The notes: generated by a model from the sequence alone, not told the origin. 64,000 nt of DNA from Patescibacteria group bacterium (GCA_041666325.1 JBAYHC010000004.1:64929-128928); one strand, 5' to 3'. Shown: positions 16,881 to 26,636, numbered from the stretch's first letter. Numbers and translations are program-made.

Positions 16881-19292
16881 ATGAATCGGAGCGAGCTAGT
16901 CAGGGCCGTGGCGGACAAGACGGATTTTTCGCTGGTCAAATCAGATAAGTTGGTTACCGCCCTGTGCGACACCATTACAGAAGCTTTAGAACGAGGCGAC
17001 AGAGTCGTCTATTCTAACTTTGGTTCGTTTTACACCGTCCACTATCCCTCAAAGGTCATCATCCATCCCAAGCTTGGCCTGGCTAAAAAAATGATAATGT
17101 TACCAACAAACGTAGCCAAATGGATGCCATCAGAGAATATAAAGAGTTTGGTCAGATCCGGTGAAACCAAGGGTTCGCCAACGCTCCACGCACTAAAATC
17201 AACCAACAAAGAAGTTCCGTCCGGTACCATCGTAGCGAGCAACAACACTACGAGAACGGTTCGCGATGAAACACCAGACTCCGATGAAACCATCGTACCA
17301 ATCCGTCTCTCCAGCCGAAACGCCAAAAACATTGTCGGGGCAGAAATTAACCCCGAACAGAAAAACAAAAATATCAACATCTATGAAGAGTTAATGCAGG
17401 ACGGCAGCAAAGAAGAGACAACTTTTAATGGCGCAATCAGGGTCCCCAAAGACAGAAGCAAGCCATTTTGGAGCAAGCTCTTTAATCGCTCTAAAGACCA
17501 GGAATCATCTACCCCAACAATTGGTCACATAGACAACCAAAACAAAGACACCCAGAAAGTCTCACTGGTTGATTCAGGCGTATTCGATCCCGCCAGCAAA
17601 CCGGAAACTATGGCAGTGCAAGCCACTGCGGAACAAAGCGCTGGAGCCGGTCTTGCCAGTCATCCTCAGGGCGAGACAGTTTCAGTTCAGACAAACAATG
17701 ATCAGACACCCATCGAAAAACCCATTGCGCCATTTCCATCTAATCCGATGGAGATCTCGTATATAGATCTATCCAAAGCGATTGTTCCCAAAGAAATTCT
17801 ACAAAAAATCCCTGAGAAAATTGCTCGCCACTACGGAGTCGTGCCAGTCGAGGAGAACGATAACGAGCTTGTCGTTGCCATGACAGATCCCGAGGACATC
17901 GAGGCGAAAGAGTTAATCAAGAAGTATGCCCAAAAGCCGCTAAAAGTGAGGCTTGGCACACAAGCCGACATCAACCATGTGCTAGACCAATACCAAGGAC
18001 TAGAGTCAGAAGTCCTGGAAGCTATCGAAGAAGTGAACACCGAAGAGGAGGAGAACAACAAAACAGACAACGGCAAGGCAGCAAATCTTACGGTTGCCGA
18101 CGATGCTCCAACAGCAAGGATTGTCAATTCTCTCCTCAGGCGCGCGATTCGAGATAAGGCCTCGGACGTACATATTGAACCACTAGAGAATGAGGTTCAG
18201 GTCCGCTTCAGAATTGATGGCGTTTTACACAAAAAGTTAACTTTACCAAAAGATATTCAGCTGTCAGTCTCCTCCAGGATAAAGATCCTATCCAACATAA
18301 AGATTGACGAGCAACGCTTGCCTCAAGACGGACGATTTAGCATAAGCATCGACAACAGAAGAGTAGATTTTCGTGTCTCCACTCTCCCCACGGCTTACGG
18401 CGAAAAAATTGTCATGAGAATCCTAGATAAGGCCTCTGGAGTTTTAACAGTTGAGCAACTTGGTCTTCAGGGCATGGGCCTCGACGCGCTAACTCAAAAT
18501 CTAGAAAAATCACATGGCATGATCCTGGTGACTGGCCCAACGGGATCAGGTAAAACCACTACTCTTTACGCCCTGATTGATAAGCTTTTTGCCGAGGGCG
18601 TTAATATCGTCACTCTCGAAGACCCGATCGAGTACCAGATGCCAGGCATTAACCAGAGCCAGGTTAACTCCAACATAGACTACACTTTTGCATCAGGATT
18701 GCGCTCAATAGTCAGGCAGGATCCGGATATTATTATGATCGGGGAAATTAGAGACATGGACACAGCCGAGATGGCGGTTCAGGCCGCCCTGACCGGCCAC
18801 GTTGTCCTCTCCACTCTCCACACCAATGATGCTGCCGGCGCAGCACCGCGATTAATAGATATGGGTGTCGAGCCATTTCTTCTTACCTCCTCGGTCAATG
18901 TCATTATCGGACAACGCCTCGCCAGAAAGATATGCGATGAGTGCAAGGAGAAAGATGCGATTCCTGAAGCAGAGATAGAGAGCGTCAAAAAAATTATCGA
19001 CACTATGCCCGAAAAAGAAAAGAAGGAAATGTCCAGCAAGGAGCTTGTTTTCTATAAGGGAAAGGGTTGCAAATCCTGCGACAACACAGGCTATCGTGGC
19101 AGAATCGGCATATTCGAGGTCCTAAGTGTTACCGAGACAGTCAGAGATTTGGTTCTGCGCAAGGTCTCCTCGGGAGAGATTCAGACCAAGGCAATCGAGG
19201 ACGGGATGGTAACAATGATTCAAGACGGAATAATTAAGTCCCTTGAAGGCAAAACCTCGCTGGAAGAGGTTTGGAGAGTAACAAAAGATTAA
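16881..19292 (+). CDS. pilB: type IV pilus assembly ATPase PilB/GspE family with N-terminal HU/IHF-like DNA-binding domain and disordered linker
   Basis: C-terminal Walker A VTGPTGSGKTTTLYA, the GspE N-domain and a tetracysteine motif CDECK...CKSCDNTGYRGR. Residues 1-90 (MNRSELVRAVADKTDFSLVKSDKLVTALCDTITEALERGDRVVYSNFGSFYTV...) align with HU/IHF, followed by a Ser/Thr/Asn/Gln-rich linker of about 190 aa. Confidence 0.85.
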   Translation: MNRSELVRAVADKTDFSLVKSDKLVTALCDTITEALERGDRVVYSNFGSFYTVHYPSKVIIHPKLGLAKKMIMLPTNVAKWMPSENIKSLVRSGETKGSPTLHALKSTNKEVPSGTIVASNNTTRTVRDETPDSDETIVPIRLSSRNAKNIVGAEINPEQKNKNINIYEELMQDGSKEETTFNGAIRVPKDRSKPFWSKLFNRSKDQESSTPTIGHIDNQNKDTQKVSLVDSGVFDPASKPETMAVQATAEQSAGAGLASHPQGETVSVQTNNDQTPIEKPIAPFPSNPMEISYIDLSKAIVPKEILQKIPEKIARHYGVVPVEENDNELVVAMTDPEDIEAKELIKKYAQKPLKVRLGTQADINHVLDQYQGLESEVLEAIEEVNTEEEENNKTDNGKAANLTVADDAPTARIVNSLLRRAIRDKASDVHIEPLENEVQVRFRIDGVLHKKLTLPKDIQLSVSSRIKILSNIKIDEQRLPQDGRFSISIDNRRVDFRVSTLPTAYGEKIVMRILDKASGVLTVEQLGLQGMGLDALTQNLEKSHGMILVTGPTGSGKTTTLYALIDKLFAEGVNIVTLEDPIEYQMPGINQSQVNSNIDYTFASGLRSIVRQDPDIIMIGEIRDMDTAEMAVQAALTGHVVLSTLHTNDAAGAAPRLIDMGVEPFLLTSSVNVIIGQRLARKICDECKEKDAIPEAEIESVKKIIDTMPEKEKKEMSSKELVFYKGKGCKSCDNTGYRGRIGIFEVLSVTETVRDLVLRKVSSGEIQTKAIEDGMVTMIQDGIIKSLEGKTSLEEVWRVTKD

Positions 19293-19437
19293 TAAAGGCA
19301 AAAGTTAGCAAGGCACCAGGCGAAAAAGATGCGGTCAAGAAAGAATGTGGTTCTCTTACGCCTTACGCCTTTCACACTTACGCCCGCCTGCATCGTCTGG
19401 AGCGAAGCGACTGCGGGCAGGCCTTACACCATTTATC
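19290..19437 (+). repeat. intergenic repeat element copy A (AGGCAAAAGTTAGCAAG ... hairpin CGCCCGCCTGCATCGYCTGGAGCGAAGCGACTGCGGGCAGGC ... ACACC) immediately upstream of pilC
   Basis: Near-identical 42-nt hairpin core also at 20697-20739 and 37956-37998; flanking modules are also shared. Confidence 0.6.
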
Positions 19438-20628
19438 ATGCAATACACCTACAGCGCAAAAGATGACAAGGGAAATATTATAAAAGGCACGCTAGAAGCA
19501 GCGTCTGAAATCTCGGCTGCGAACGCTCTCCGCGCCAAGGCCCTTTTCCTGCTGGACCTCAAGACCAAAAAATCCCCAAGAGCGATTTGGCAACGCCGTG
19601 TTCCGCTCAAGGAGAGAATTATCTTTACTCAGCAATTGGAGATTATGGTCAGATCAGGCTTACCGCTCGTTGATGCGATCACATCTCTCCAGGAAGAAAC
19701 CGAAAACAAAAGATTTGCCTCCGAACTCTCGCAAGTTGTGGCTAGTGTGGAAACGGGATCACTTCTTTCGGACGCACTGGCCAAATTCCCCAAAACTTTC
19801 AGCGAAGTATACGTCAACCTGGTACGATCCGGAGAGAAGACGGGCCAACTAGACAAAGTCCTGCAACGTCTGTCTGGTCAACTTCAGAAAGACTTTGAGG
19901 TAAATAGAAAGGTGAAGGGCGCCCTATCCTACCCACTGTTTATTCTCACTGCGCTGATTGGCGTGATGGTTTTGATTCTAAACGCGATTATCCCGCAACT
20001 GCAACAAATATTTGACGATGTTGGTGCCGAGCTTCCCCTTTCTACCCGCATCGTGATTGGGGCTAGTAAATTTACACGAAGCTATGGCGTTTTTACTCTG
20101 GCGTTTATCATTGTGGCAATTGTCTTAATATCCCGTTGGCTCAAAACAGCCCAAGGCAAGAGATTCTTTGATCGTTTTTTACTGAAAATACCGGTTATCG
20201 GACTCTTGCTCAGAAAGTCGTACCTGGCTCGCTTGACTCGTACCTTTGCTGCTTTATCAAACGCCGGCCTACCAGTGCTTGAGGCGCTGCGGGTGTCGAG
20301 CAATGTAATCGGAAACTCCGTCTACGAAAGAGAGGTTGTGAAGGTTGCCGACAGAGTAAAAAATGGGCAAACAATCTCGAAGGCGTTCGGAGAGAGCCCG
20401 CTATTTCCGGCAATGATTATGCAGCTAGCCTCTGTTGGCGAAAAGTCCGGCAACATCGGAGAGGTTTTTGACAGCTTGGCCGACTTCTTCGACAGGGATG
20501 TCGACTCCATAACAACAAATTTATCAACAATGCTTGAACCACTGTTAGTCATTATTCTGGGTGTTGGGATAGCAGCCATCATCATATCTGTTCTGCAGCC
20601 AATCTATGGATTAGTAAATACGATGTAG
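19438..20628 (+). CDS. pilC: type IV pilus inner-membrane platform protein PilC (GspF family)
   Basis: Two GspF repeats and three TM segments. Start placed at MQYTYSAKD because the upstream tool start would translate through the repeat element. Confidence 0.8.
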   Translation: MQYTYSAKDDKGNIIKGTLEAASEISAANALRAKALFLLDLKTKKSPRAIWQRRVPLKERIIFTQQLEIMVRSGLPLVDAITSLQEETENKRFASELSQVVASVETGSLLSDALAKFPKTFSEVYVNLVRSGEKTGQLDKVLQRLSGQLQKDFEVNRKVKGALSYPLFILTALIGVMVLILNAIIPQLQQIFDDVGAELPLSTRIVIGASKFTRSYGVFTLAFIIVAIVLISRWLKTAQGKRFFDRFLLKIPVIGLLLRKSYLARLTRTFAALSNAGLPVLEALRVSSNVIGNSVYEREVVKVADRVKNGQTISKAFGESPLFPAMIMQLASVGEKSGNIGEVFDSLADFFDRDVDSITTNLSTMLEPLLVIILGVGIAAIIISVLQPIYGLVNTM

Positions 20629-20630
20629 AT

Positions 20631-20764
20631 GTTAGGCGAAAGTTAGCAAGACGAAAGTAAGACAAGTATCGATTCAAGCAGCAGCTCTGACACCTTGCGC
20701 CCGCCTGCATCGCCTGGAGCGAAGCGACTGCGGGCAGGCTTTTTACACCATTATTTGGAGACGT
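20631..20764 (+). repeat. intergenic repeat element copy B immediately upstream of pilM
   Basis: AGGCGAAAGTTAGCAAGACGAAAG ... GCGCCCGCCTGCATCGCCTGGAGCGAAGCGACTGCGGGCAGGC ... TTTTTACACC. Confidence 0.6.
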
Positions 20765-21706
20765 ATGTTTCTTCCCTTCTCTGAAAATTCAATTGTGGGT
20801 CTTGATATCGGCTTTGAAACGCTGAAGCTTGTCGAGCTCAACAAGGGCGGCGGCAAAGTTTCTCTGCGCGGCTTAAGCAATATTTCTCTACCAGAGCGCA
20901 TACTGGAGCGAGACCACTTCAAGGACAAAAAGGCCACTGCGCAGCTAATTGCAAAAGCTTGCGAGGAGGCAAAACCAGCCTCGATCAAGGCCAGAAAAAT
21001 TGTCTCTGCACTGCCAGAAACGTTTGTCTTCTCCAAGACAATTCAACTACCAAAGATGGAGGAAGGTGAATACGAAAAAGCTGTACCGATGGAAGCAGCT
21101 CAGTTCTTGCCCATACCTATCGAACACGTCTATCTTGACTTCGAGGTGCTCATCACCAGACCAGACCAACCGCTTGCAGACATCCTTATCGTCGCGTCAC
21201 CAAAACGCTTAGTCGAAGAGTACGTCGAGGTTGCCCAGTTGGCAGGATTTGAATTAACTGCCCTTGAACCAAAAGCTCTGGCAGTCGGCAGAGCCCTTTT
21301 GCCGCATGATTTCACTGAAGGAGTACTGATAGCCGAGATTGGGACGGAAATCACCAGAATATCGATTTGGGACGGAAATAAGCTTAGGCTGACAACGACT
21401 GTCAGCGCTGGCAACAACCAGATAGCCGAGAGCACCAAAGCGGGTGATTTTCACCATTTGCTTCCGATTATTGACGAGGTAGTAACCGCCATACGCTATC
21501 ATCAAAATCGCGATTATCAACCAAAACCAATTAGTAAAATTTTGCTATGCGGATCAGGCGCCTGCATTCCAGGCATAGATAAAATATTTGAAAACGAGAG
21601 TAAAATTAAGGTTGAGATTGCTAGGCCACAACTTCACGGCGAAGACGAGCTTGGGCCAGAATACACAACAGCATTCGGCCTGGCGCTAAGAGGAGAATAT
21701 GAATAA
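20765..21706 (+). CDS. pilM: type IV pilus assembly protein PilM (actin-like ATPase fold)
   Basis: IVGLDIGFETLKLVEL N-terminal actin-like start and LLCGSGACIPGIDK C-terminal block. Confidence 0.8.
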   Translation: MFLPFSENSIVGLDIGFETLKLVELNKGGGKVSLRGLSNISLPERILERDHFKDKKATAQLIAKACEEAKPASIKARKIVSALPETFVFSKTIQLPKMEEGEYEKAVPMEAAQFLPIPIEHVYLDFEVLITRPDQPLADILIVASPKRLVEEYVEVAQLAGFELTALEPKALAVGRALLPHDFTEGVLIAEIGTEITRISIWDGNKLRLTTTVSAGNNQIAESTKAGDFHHLLPIIDEVVTAIRYHQNRDYQPKPISKILLCGSGACIPGIDKIFENESKIKVEIARPQLHGEDELGPEYTTAFGLALRGEYE

Positions 21707-21752
21707 ATCAGAGTGTGAAAGGGCGAAAGTTCTAAGCACTAAGTAACACGCA

Positions 21753-21810
21753 GTGTCATCCCGAGCAAGTGAGGCTTGCGAGTCGAGGGATCCCATTGCA
21801 ACAATGCGAC
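21753..21810 (+). other. candidate structured RNA motif, copy 2 (UCAUCCCGAG-hairpin-GUCGAGGGAUCCCAU-hairpin-CGAC) in the pilM-pilN spacer
   Basis: See copy 1 at 8351-8416. Flanked by the inverted repeats GTGTGAAAG / CTTTCACAC and CTAAGCACTAAGT / ACTTAGTAC. Confidence 0.4.
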
Positions 21811-21868
21811 TCCTTTCGCCCCACAAAGGAGCCCCTGGTGGGACACTTAGTACTTTCACACCAATATC

Positions 21869-22408
21869 ATGTCCATTAATTTACTGCCACCAAAATTAAA
21901 GAAACAGAAAGGCGTTGAAAAAAAGCTTCGCTCAGTTTTGCTTGGCCTGATTTATCTCGCCGCCATGATCCTGGTTTTAAGCGGGGTGCTCTTTTCCTTC
22001 AATATTGTGAATAAAAATGAACTCGACCAAGTGATCGCACGCACAGAGGCGTACAAGACAGAAGCAAAAGCATACTCAGAGATCAAGGAAAAAATAACTA
22101 AGACCAACAGCAAGTTAGACAAAATCAGCCAGATAGACAATAACCGCGTTTTGTGGAGTGTCATAATCGCTGAAATAGAGATCCTTACTCCAGCTCAAGT
22201 CACAATTCGCACTATGGACCTATCCCACGATTCCAAGATCATTAATACAGTTGGAAAAGCTGAAAGCCGCTATGACGTTGTTCTGTTCAAGGACAAACTA
22301 GAGGCTTCACCGTTCTTCAAAAATGTCACCTTTTCCTCTTCGTCCTTCAATCCAGATGAGAACAATTACTCCTTTGCCTTAAAGTTCGAGCTGGAGAAAA
22401 ATAAATGA
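21869..22408 (+). CDS. pilN: type IV pilus assembly protein PilN
   Basis: MSINLLPPKLKKQK start, a single TM helix, then a coiled-coil/periplasmic domain; position after pilM. Confidence 0.7.
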   Translation: MSINLLPPKLKKQKGVEKKLRSVLLGLIYLAAMILVLSGVLFSFNIVNKNELDQVIARTEAYKTEAKAYSEIKEKITKTNSKLDKISQIDNNRVLWSVIIAEIEILTPAQVTIRTMDLSHDSKIINTVGKAESRYDVVLFKDKLEASPFFKNVTFSSSSFNPDENNYSFALKFELEKNK

Positions 22409-23004
22409 TGATTAGCTCATACAAAAAAACAATCGTCCTGCTTGTAGTAACAACCGTAATAATGACGGCAATAATTCAATTTGTGCTTTCTCCGCAAGTT
22501 CGCGTATTCGCCACGAACCGAAAGAAAATAACCAAGGCTCTGGAAGGCCAAACAAGCGTTCAGGTGGAAGTCGAACAATTAAAAAGGGTCAAAAAGAACG
22601 AAAAGGATGTTAGCGCTAAGGCAGAGCGAATTAATAAGCTCTGGCCGGACAGCAACGAAATATCAAGCTATATCATCCAGACAGAAGCGCTTGCCAGTAA
22701 AAACAATTTAGTCCTGAACAATATCACGATAACCGAAAGCACAAAGAAAGAGGCCAAGACCAGTGAGAACAAGGAAACCAAGGCCGATAGCGAAGCAGTG
22801 AACACCAGCACCAGCAAGAAGGGCAAGAGCGAAGAGGGCATACGATTTTCATTTGATGCCAGCGCCTCGTATGACAACTTCAAGCGTTTCGTTGACGGCA
22901 TGGAACAGCTTGAGCGATTCAACCTTGTTTCATTGGTAAATATTAGCTCAAGTGGTGGCGATGGAGTCACTTTTAAGATCAGTGGAGTGATATATGCTAA
23001 GTAA
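22405..23004 (+). CDS. pilO: type IV pilus assembly protein PilO-like
   Basis: N-terminal TM helix plus coiled coil, translationally coupled to pilN (ATGA overlap); position in operon. Confidence 0.55.
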   Translation: MMISSYKKTIVLLVVTTVIMTAIIQFVLSPQVRVFATNRKKITKALEGQTSVQVEVEQLKRVKKNEKDVSAKAERINKLWPDSNEISSYIIQTEALASKNNLVLNNITITESTKKEAKTSENKETKADSEAVNTSTSKKGKSEEGIRFSFDASASYDNFKRFVDGMEQLERFNLVSLVNISSSGGDGVTFKISGVIYAK

Positions 23005-23242
23005 AATTAAAAACAATGCTATCTATGGAGCGCTGATGCTTGTGCTGATCGCAGCAGCAGTATTTTATTGGAAAAACTCGACGCCGATAGTCCCCAGCAA
23101 ACAAAAGGCAAGCTCAGACAGCGCGCTCTCAATCAAACAAGACGCTTATTCACGGGCGACAAATGTACAAGAAACCAAATCCCCACTTTCAACCTCGACC
23201 GCTGGTTTCGGCCGAAACAACCCGTTTTCGCCATACAAATAA
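22994..23242 (+). CDS. small membrane-anchored protein (82 aa), possibly a PilP-like accessory
   Basis: Single TM helix; overlaps the pilO stop; no motif recognised. Confidence 0.4.
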   Translation: MLSKIKNNAIYGALMLVLIAAAVFYWKNSTPIVPSKQKASSDSALSIKQDAYSRATNVQETKSPLSTSTAGFGRNNPFSPYK

Positions 23243-23302
23243 GTACGCAAAAAAGAAGAAACCCTGCCTAGGGCTGCTTCTAATCGCAAAATTAAGACAG
23301 AA

Positions 23303-23701
23303 CTAAGCCACTGTCTTTTTGGCCACGCCTGCCGATTTTAGCGCACTCTCGATCTTCTCAACCACTTCCCCGGGCATGACCTCACTTTTGATGAGATAAG
23401 CATCGGTATCTCTCATCATCTCCTTGACCTTATCGATCTCGCGAACAAGGGCGGTCAATAGAATTACCGGGATACCGGCAGTCTCCTCATCCTCGCGCAG
23501 TTTCTTCATGACATCAATGCCGTTAACCTTCGGCATCATAATATCCAGAAGAATAACACTTGGCTTCTCGCTCGATGCCTTTTGGAGTGCTTCCTCTCCA
23601 TCAGAGGCGGAGATGATCTCGTAGCCGCCCTCCTTGAGCCGAGCTTCATACATTTCGCGCAAGATCATATCGTCATCAACAACCAGAATCTTTGCCATCA
23701 A
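23303..23701 (-). CDS. single-domain response regulator (CheY-like receiver)
   Basis: KILVVDDD ... VILLDIMMPKVNGIDV ... K near the C-terminus. Confidence 0.75.
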   Translation of the reverse strand: MMAKILVVDDDMILREMYEARLKEGGYEIISASDGEEALQKASSEKPSVILLDIMMPKVNGIDVMKKLREDEETAGIPVILLTALVREIDKVKEMMRDTDAYLIKSEVMPGEVVEKIESALKSAGVAKKTVA

Positions 23702-23707
23702 TACCTC

Positions 23708-24700
23708 CTAGTTTGCTTTGTAAACTACGTAGTCAAATAGATCATATAACGTTCCCGATTGGCGATCAATATCTGCGGTCAACTTTCGACTAGTTCCGTT
23801 GAAGTAACCGGTCGACTCAACGTGGGTATATGGTCCATATATTGGCAATCCAATCCCTGTTGGATTGTTCATGTCTCTAAAGGCAAAAGCAATATCCGCT
23901 CCGATCGGCTTGACTGACAGCTCCGCCTCCGGGTCCAACATATCACCCATTCCTTTAAGCATAAATTTAGCCTTGATACCGTTTATCGGGGCATATCCAT
24001 TGGTAGGATGCAGAGTATAATTTATCCTTGATGATGGATCAATATTAGAATTAATACCGTTGCAAACAGCGCTATTGTTATAAAACATAAGTTTGTGCTC
24101 CTCAAGGTTGCCGCCCTGTTTGCCGGTCAGCTTCATCTCCAGCAAGACGCATCGACTGTCAAGTGTGGTACCGGAATCGCTTGACGAGGCAATCGGCCTG
24201 AAAAAAAACTGAATATCGCTCGTAGATAAATTCACCTTAAACTTTTTAGCCTCATCCTTTAGAATCCGGTAGGGGGCAAACCGGTGTTCGCCATAGTTCT
24301 TATCGTCAGCGGCAGTTAGAGTGAAGGGAATAGAGATAATCTTGTTAACATTGCCGTGCGCAACCGAGCGAGAACCAAGCTTCAGATCATAATAGGCTTT
24401 GCTCACATCAAGGGGCAGGGCTACATTGGGTTGGCTGCCATCAGAAAGATTACTTCGAGTAAATTCATTTCTGTTGTAAGCTAGATCATCAAATGGGACC
24501 TCCGTGTCGCGATCGTAGCGGTAACGCAAGAAGCTCTCCTCGATGCCGGACTCAGCTGAGTAATAGGCAACGATGCCACTCTCGTAAATCGATGAGATAG
24601 TGCTCTCAGCAAAGAGAAGCCGACTCAAACCAAAAACAGTGCCGCCGATTGCGGTCAGAAGAAAAATAGTGATAATGAGCGCCGATCCCCTCCGCCTCAT
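23708..24700 (-). CDS. hypothetical secreted/membrane-anchored protein adjacent to the pilus cluster
   Basis: MRRRGSALIITIFLLTAIGGTVFGL signal-anchor-like N-terminus; Asn/Ser/Gly-rich body. Start taken at the second in-frame Met. Confidence 0.5.
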   Translation of the reverse strand: MRRRGSALIITIFLLTAIGGTVFGLSRLLFAESTISSIYESGIVAYYSAESGIEESFLRYRYDRDTEVPFDDLAYNRNEFTRSNLSDGSQPNVALPLDVSKAYYDLKLGSRSVAHGNVNKIISIPFTLTAADDKNYGEHRFAPYRILKDEAKKFKVNLSTSDIQFFFRPIASSSDSGTTLDSRCVLLEMKLTGKQGGNLEEHKLMFYNNSAVCNGINSNIDPSSRINYTLHPTNGYAPINGIKAKFMLKGMGDMLDPEAELSVKPIGADIAFAFRDMNNPTGIGLPIYGPYTHVESTGYFNGTSRKLTADIDRQSGTLYDLFDYVVYKAN

Positions 24701-24956
24701 CGGGCCTCCGTCAACTAGTAAGAGTATAAGCAAGTAAGCTGCACTGAATCCTGTGGCTGACTTACCAGCCTACTAGCTTATCTGCTTATCGCTATTTTAC
24801 CAGATTTACCCGACAAGCAACAAATCCCCCGCCCTAAATTACGATGACCGAGATACAAAAGATCAATGAGCCTGACATAATAAGACGCCGGAGCACAACC
24901 ACTTGCCCTAGCGGTGCCTTACCCCGTATAATTGGTTTAATATTCAAAGGAGGATA

Positions 24957-26249
24957 ATGTATAAGTTGCGCATCTCTTTTTGGGAAGCGGCCACCTGGTC
25001 GGTCGTCATCTTGATGACACTTATCGTTGTCTCTTTCTTCCCATGGTATACGGCCGAAAACCTGCTTCGATACATCTTCGCCACCTCAGGCGTAGCAGCA
25101 ATATTCTGGTATCTGAAGAGTCGTCGGCTTTATCGCGAGAGCCAGGAAAAAACTTTGGAAATTGCCCAAAAACAGAAGGAGATCTCTGCTCATCAAAAAA
25201 CCATTAGCCTGATCTTCGACAATTCCGCTGACGGCATTCTTATCCTCGACAACGACCAGATCATCACCGACTTCTCTCCGGGACTAGAAAAAATCACCGG
25301 CTACTCCAAGAATGAGGCTATCGGAAAAAATGCTCAAGAACTATTAAAGTTTTCCGGCGACAACAGCAACAGCTTGCTTCCAGATGCGATGTTCATCTCT
25401 CGCTCTCTCCACAAGAAGCCCTACATCAGAAACACCCTCATGACCAAGCAGGGCAGAGAAATTGATGTCGAAGCAAGCTACACCTTGATCTCTGATCCCG
25501 GCAAGAACAACATAAGCGGCATGGCAATCATTCGCGACATCACATATGAGAACGAACTCGTGCGAAGAGACAAAGAGTTTATTGCGATCACCTCTCACCA
25601 GCTCAACACCCCGCTCTCTATCATTCAAGGCTACGTCTCTCTGATCAAGGAGGGCAAGGCGGGAAAAGTAACTGAAACTCAGATGAATTACATTAATGAA
25701 ATTGTATCGGCACTCAAAAAGATGATCGACCTCACGAACAATCTTCTATCTATCTCACGGATTGAGCAAAATAAAATCAAGTTGGAGAAGAGTGATGTCA
25801 ACGTCGCTGAGATAATAAAAAAGATTATGGACACATTTGGCTCTTTTGCCAAGAAGAAAAATATCGATCTAATTTGCATGCAACCCAAGAAGGACCTATT
25901 GGTTTACGCTGACCAAGAAAAGTTAATTCAAGCACTATCAAATATCACCAGTAACGCCATAAAATACACTCAAAAAGGCAAGGTCGAACTATCCGTCAAC
26001 AGAGAGGCTGGCAATATTGTCTTTCAAATCAAAGATAGCGGCATCGGTATCGCCCCAGAGGAAATAGAGCGTATTGGCGAAAAGTTTTATAGAACGCAAC
26101 AAGCGATTGATGCCGACCACCAGGGCACAGGTCTGGGCGTCTTCATTGCCAAGACAATAATCGAAAAGCACGGCGGGACGCTGGCGATCAGAAGTGTTCT
26201 AAATAAAGGCACAACCTTTGTCGTGTCTCTGCCGGCAACTAACTATTAG
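24957..26249 (+). CDS. sensor histidine kinase (TM + PAS + HisKA + HATPase_c)
   Basis: H-box ITSHQLNTPLSIIQGYVSLI, N-box SNAIKYT, G-boxes DSGIGI and GTGLGV; PAS-like segment FSPGLEKITGYSKNEAIGKN. Confidence 0.8.
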   Translation: MYKLRISFWEAATWSVVILMTLIVVSFFPWYTAENLLRYIFATSGVAAIFWYLKSRRLYRESQEKTLEIAQKQKEISAHQKTISLIFDNSADGILILDNDQIITDFSPGLEKITGYSKNEAIGKNAQELLKFSGDNSNSLLPDAMFISRSLHKKPYIRNTLMTKQGREIDVEASYTLISDPGKNNISGMAIIRDITYENELVRRDKEFIAITSHQLNTPLSIIQGYVSLIKEGKAGKVTETQMNYINEIVSALKKMIDLTNNLLSISRIEQNKIKLEKSDVNVAEIIKKIMDTFGSFAKKKNIDLICMQPKKDLLVYADQEKLIQALSNITSNAIKYTQKGKVELSVNREAGNIVFQIKDSGIGIAPEEIERIGEKFYRTQQAIDADHQGTGLGVFIAKTIIEKHGGTLAIRSVLNKGTTFVVSLPATNY

Positions 26250-26257
26250 AGGAGTAT

Positions 26258-26620
26258 ATGAAAAAGGTATTAATCGTCGACGACGAAGAAGCAATATTAA
26301 AAATGTATTCGGTCGTGCTACAGGATGAATTCGAGGTTATAACCGCTCATAATGGCAACGAGGGCTTTGAGACTGCAAAAAGGGAAAAGCCAGATTTGAT
26401 TTATCTCGATATCATTATGCCGCAACTGAACGGACTTGACGTCTTGGGCAAGCTGAAGGATGACAAGGAGACGACCACCATTCCGGTTGTTCTTCTAACC
26501 AATCTTCCCAAGGAAGCTTCTGCCGATAAAGCTAAAGCGCTTGGTGCTGCTGACTATTTTGTTAAGGTTGAGACTGAGCCGAGCAAGATTGCCGAAATTA
26601 CCAAACAAATACTGGGCTAG
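26258..26620 (+). CDS. single-domain response regulator (receiver)
   Basis: KVLIVDDEE ... LIYLDIIMPQLNGLDV ... K. Confidence 0.75.
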   Translation: MKKVLIVDDEEAILKMYSVVLQDEFEVITAHNGNEGFETAKREKPDLIYLDIIMPQLNGLDVLGKLKDDKETTTIPVVLLTNLPKEASADKAKALGAADYFVKVETEPSKIAEITKQILG

Positions 26621-26636
26621 CACTGCTATTAAAATT

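Noticed and set aside
19345-19437. Longer tool-predicted N-terminus for pilC (MWFSYALRLSHLRPPASSGAKRLRAGL...)
   Set aside because: This segment is the translation of the dispersed repeat element (the same peptide appears in the 37903 ORF upstream of gmk); the real start is MQYTYSAKD.
24700-24733. Upstream in-frame start MLILLLVDGGP for the secreted protein
   Set aside because: The signal peptide with a positively charged n-region begins at the second Met (MRRRGS); the extra 11 residues are probably not translated. Low certainty.
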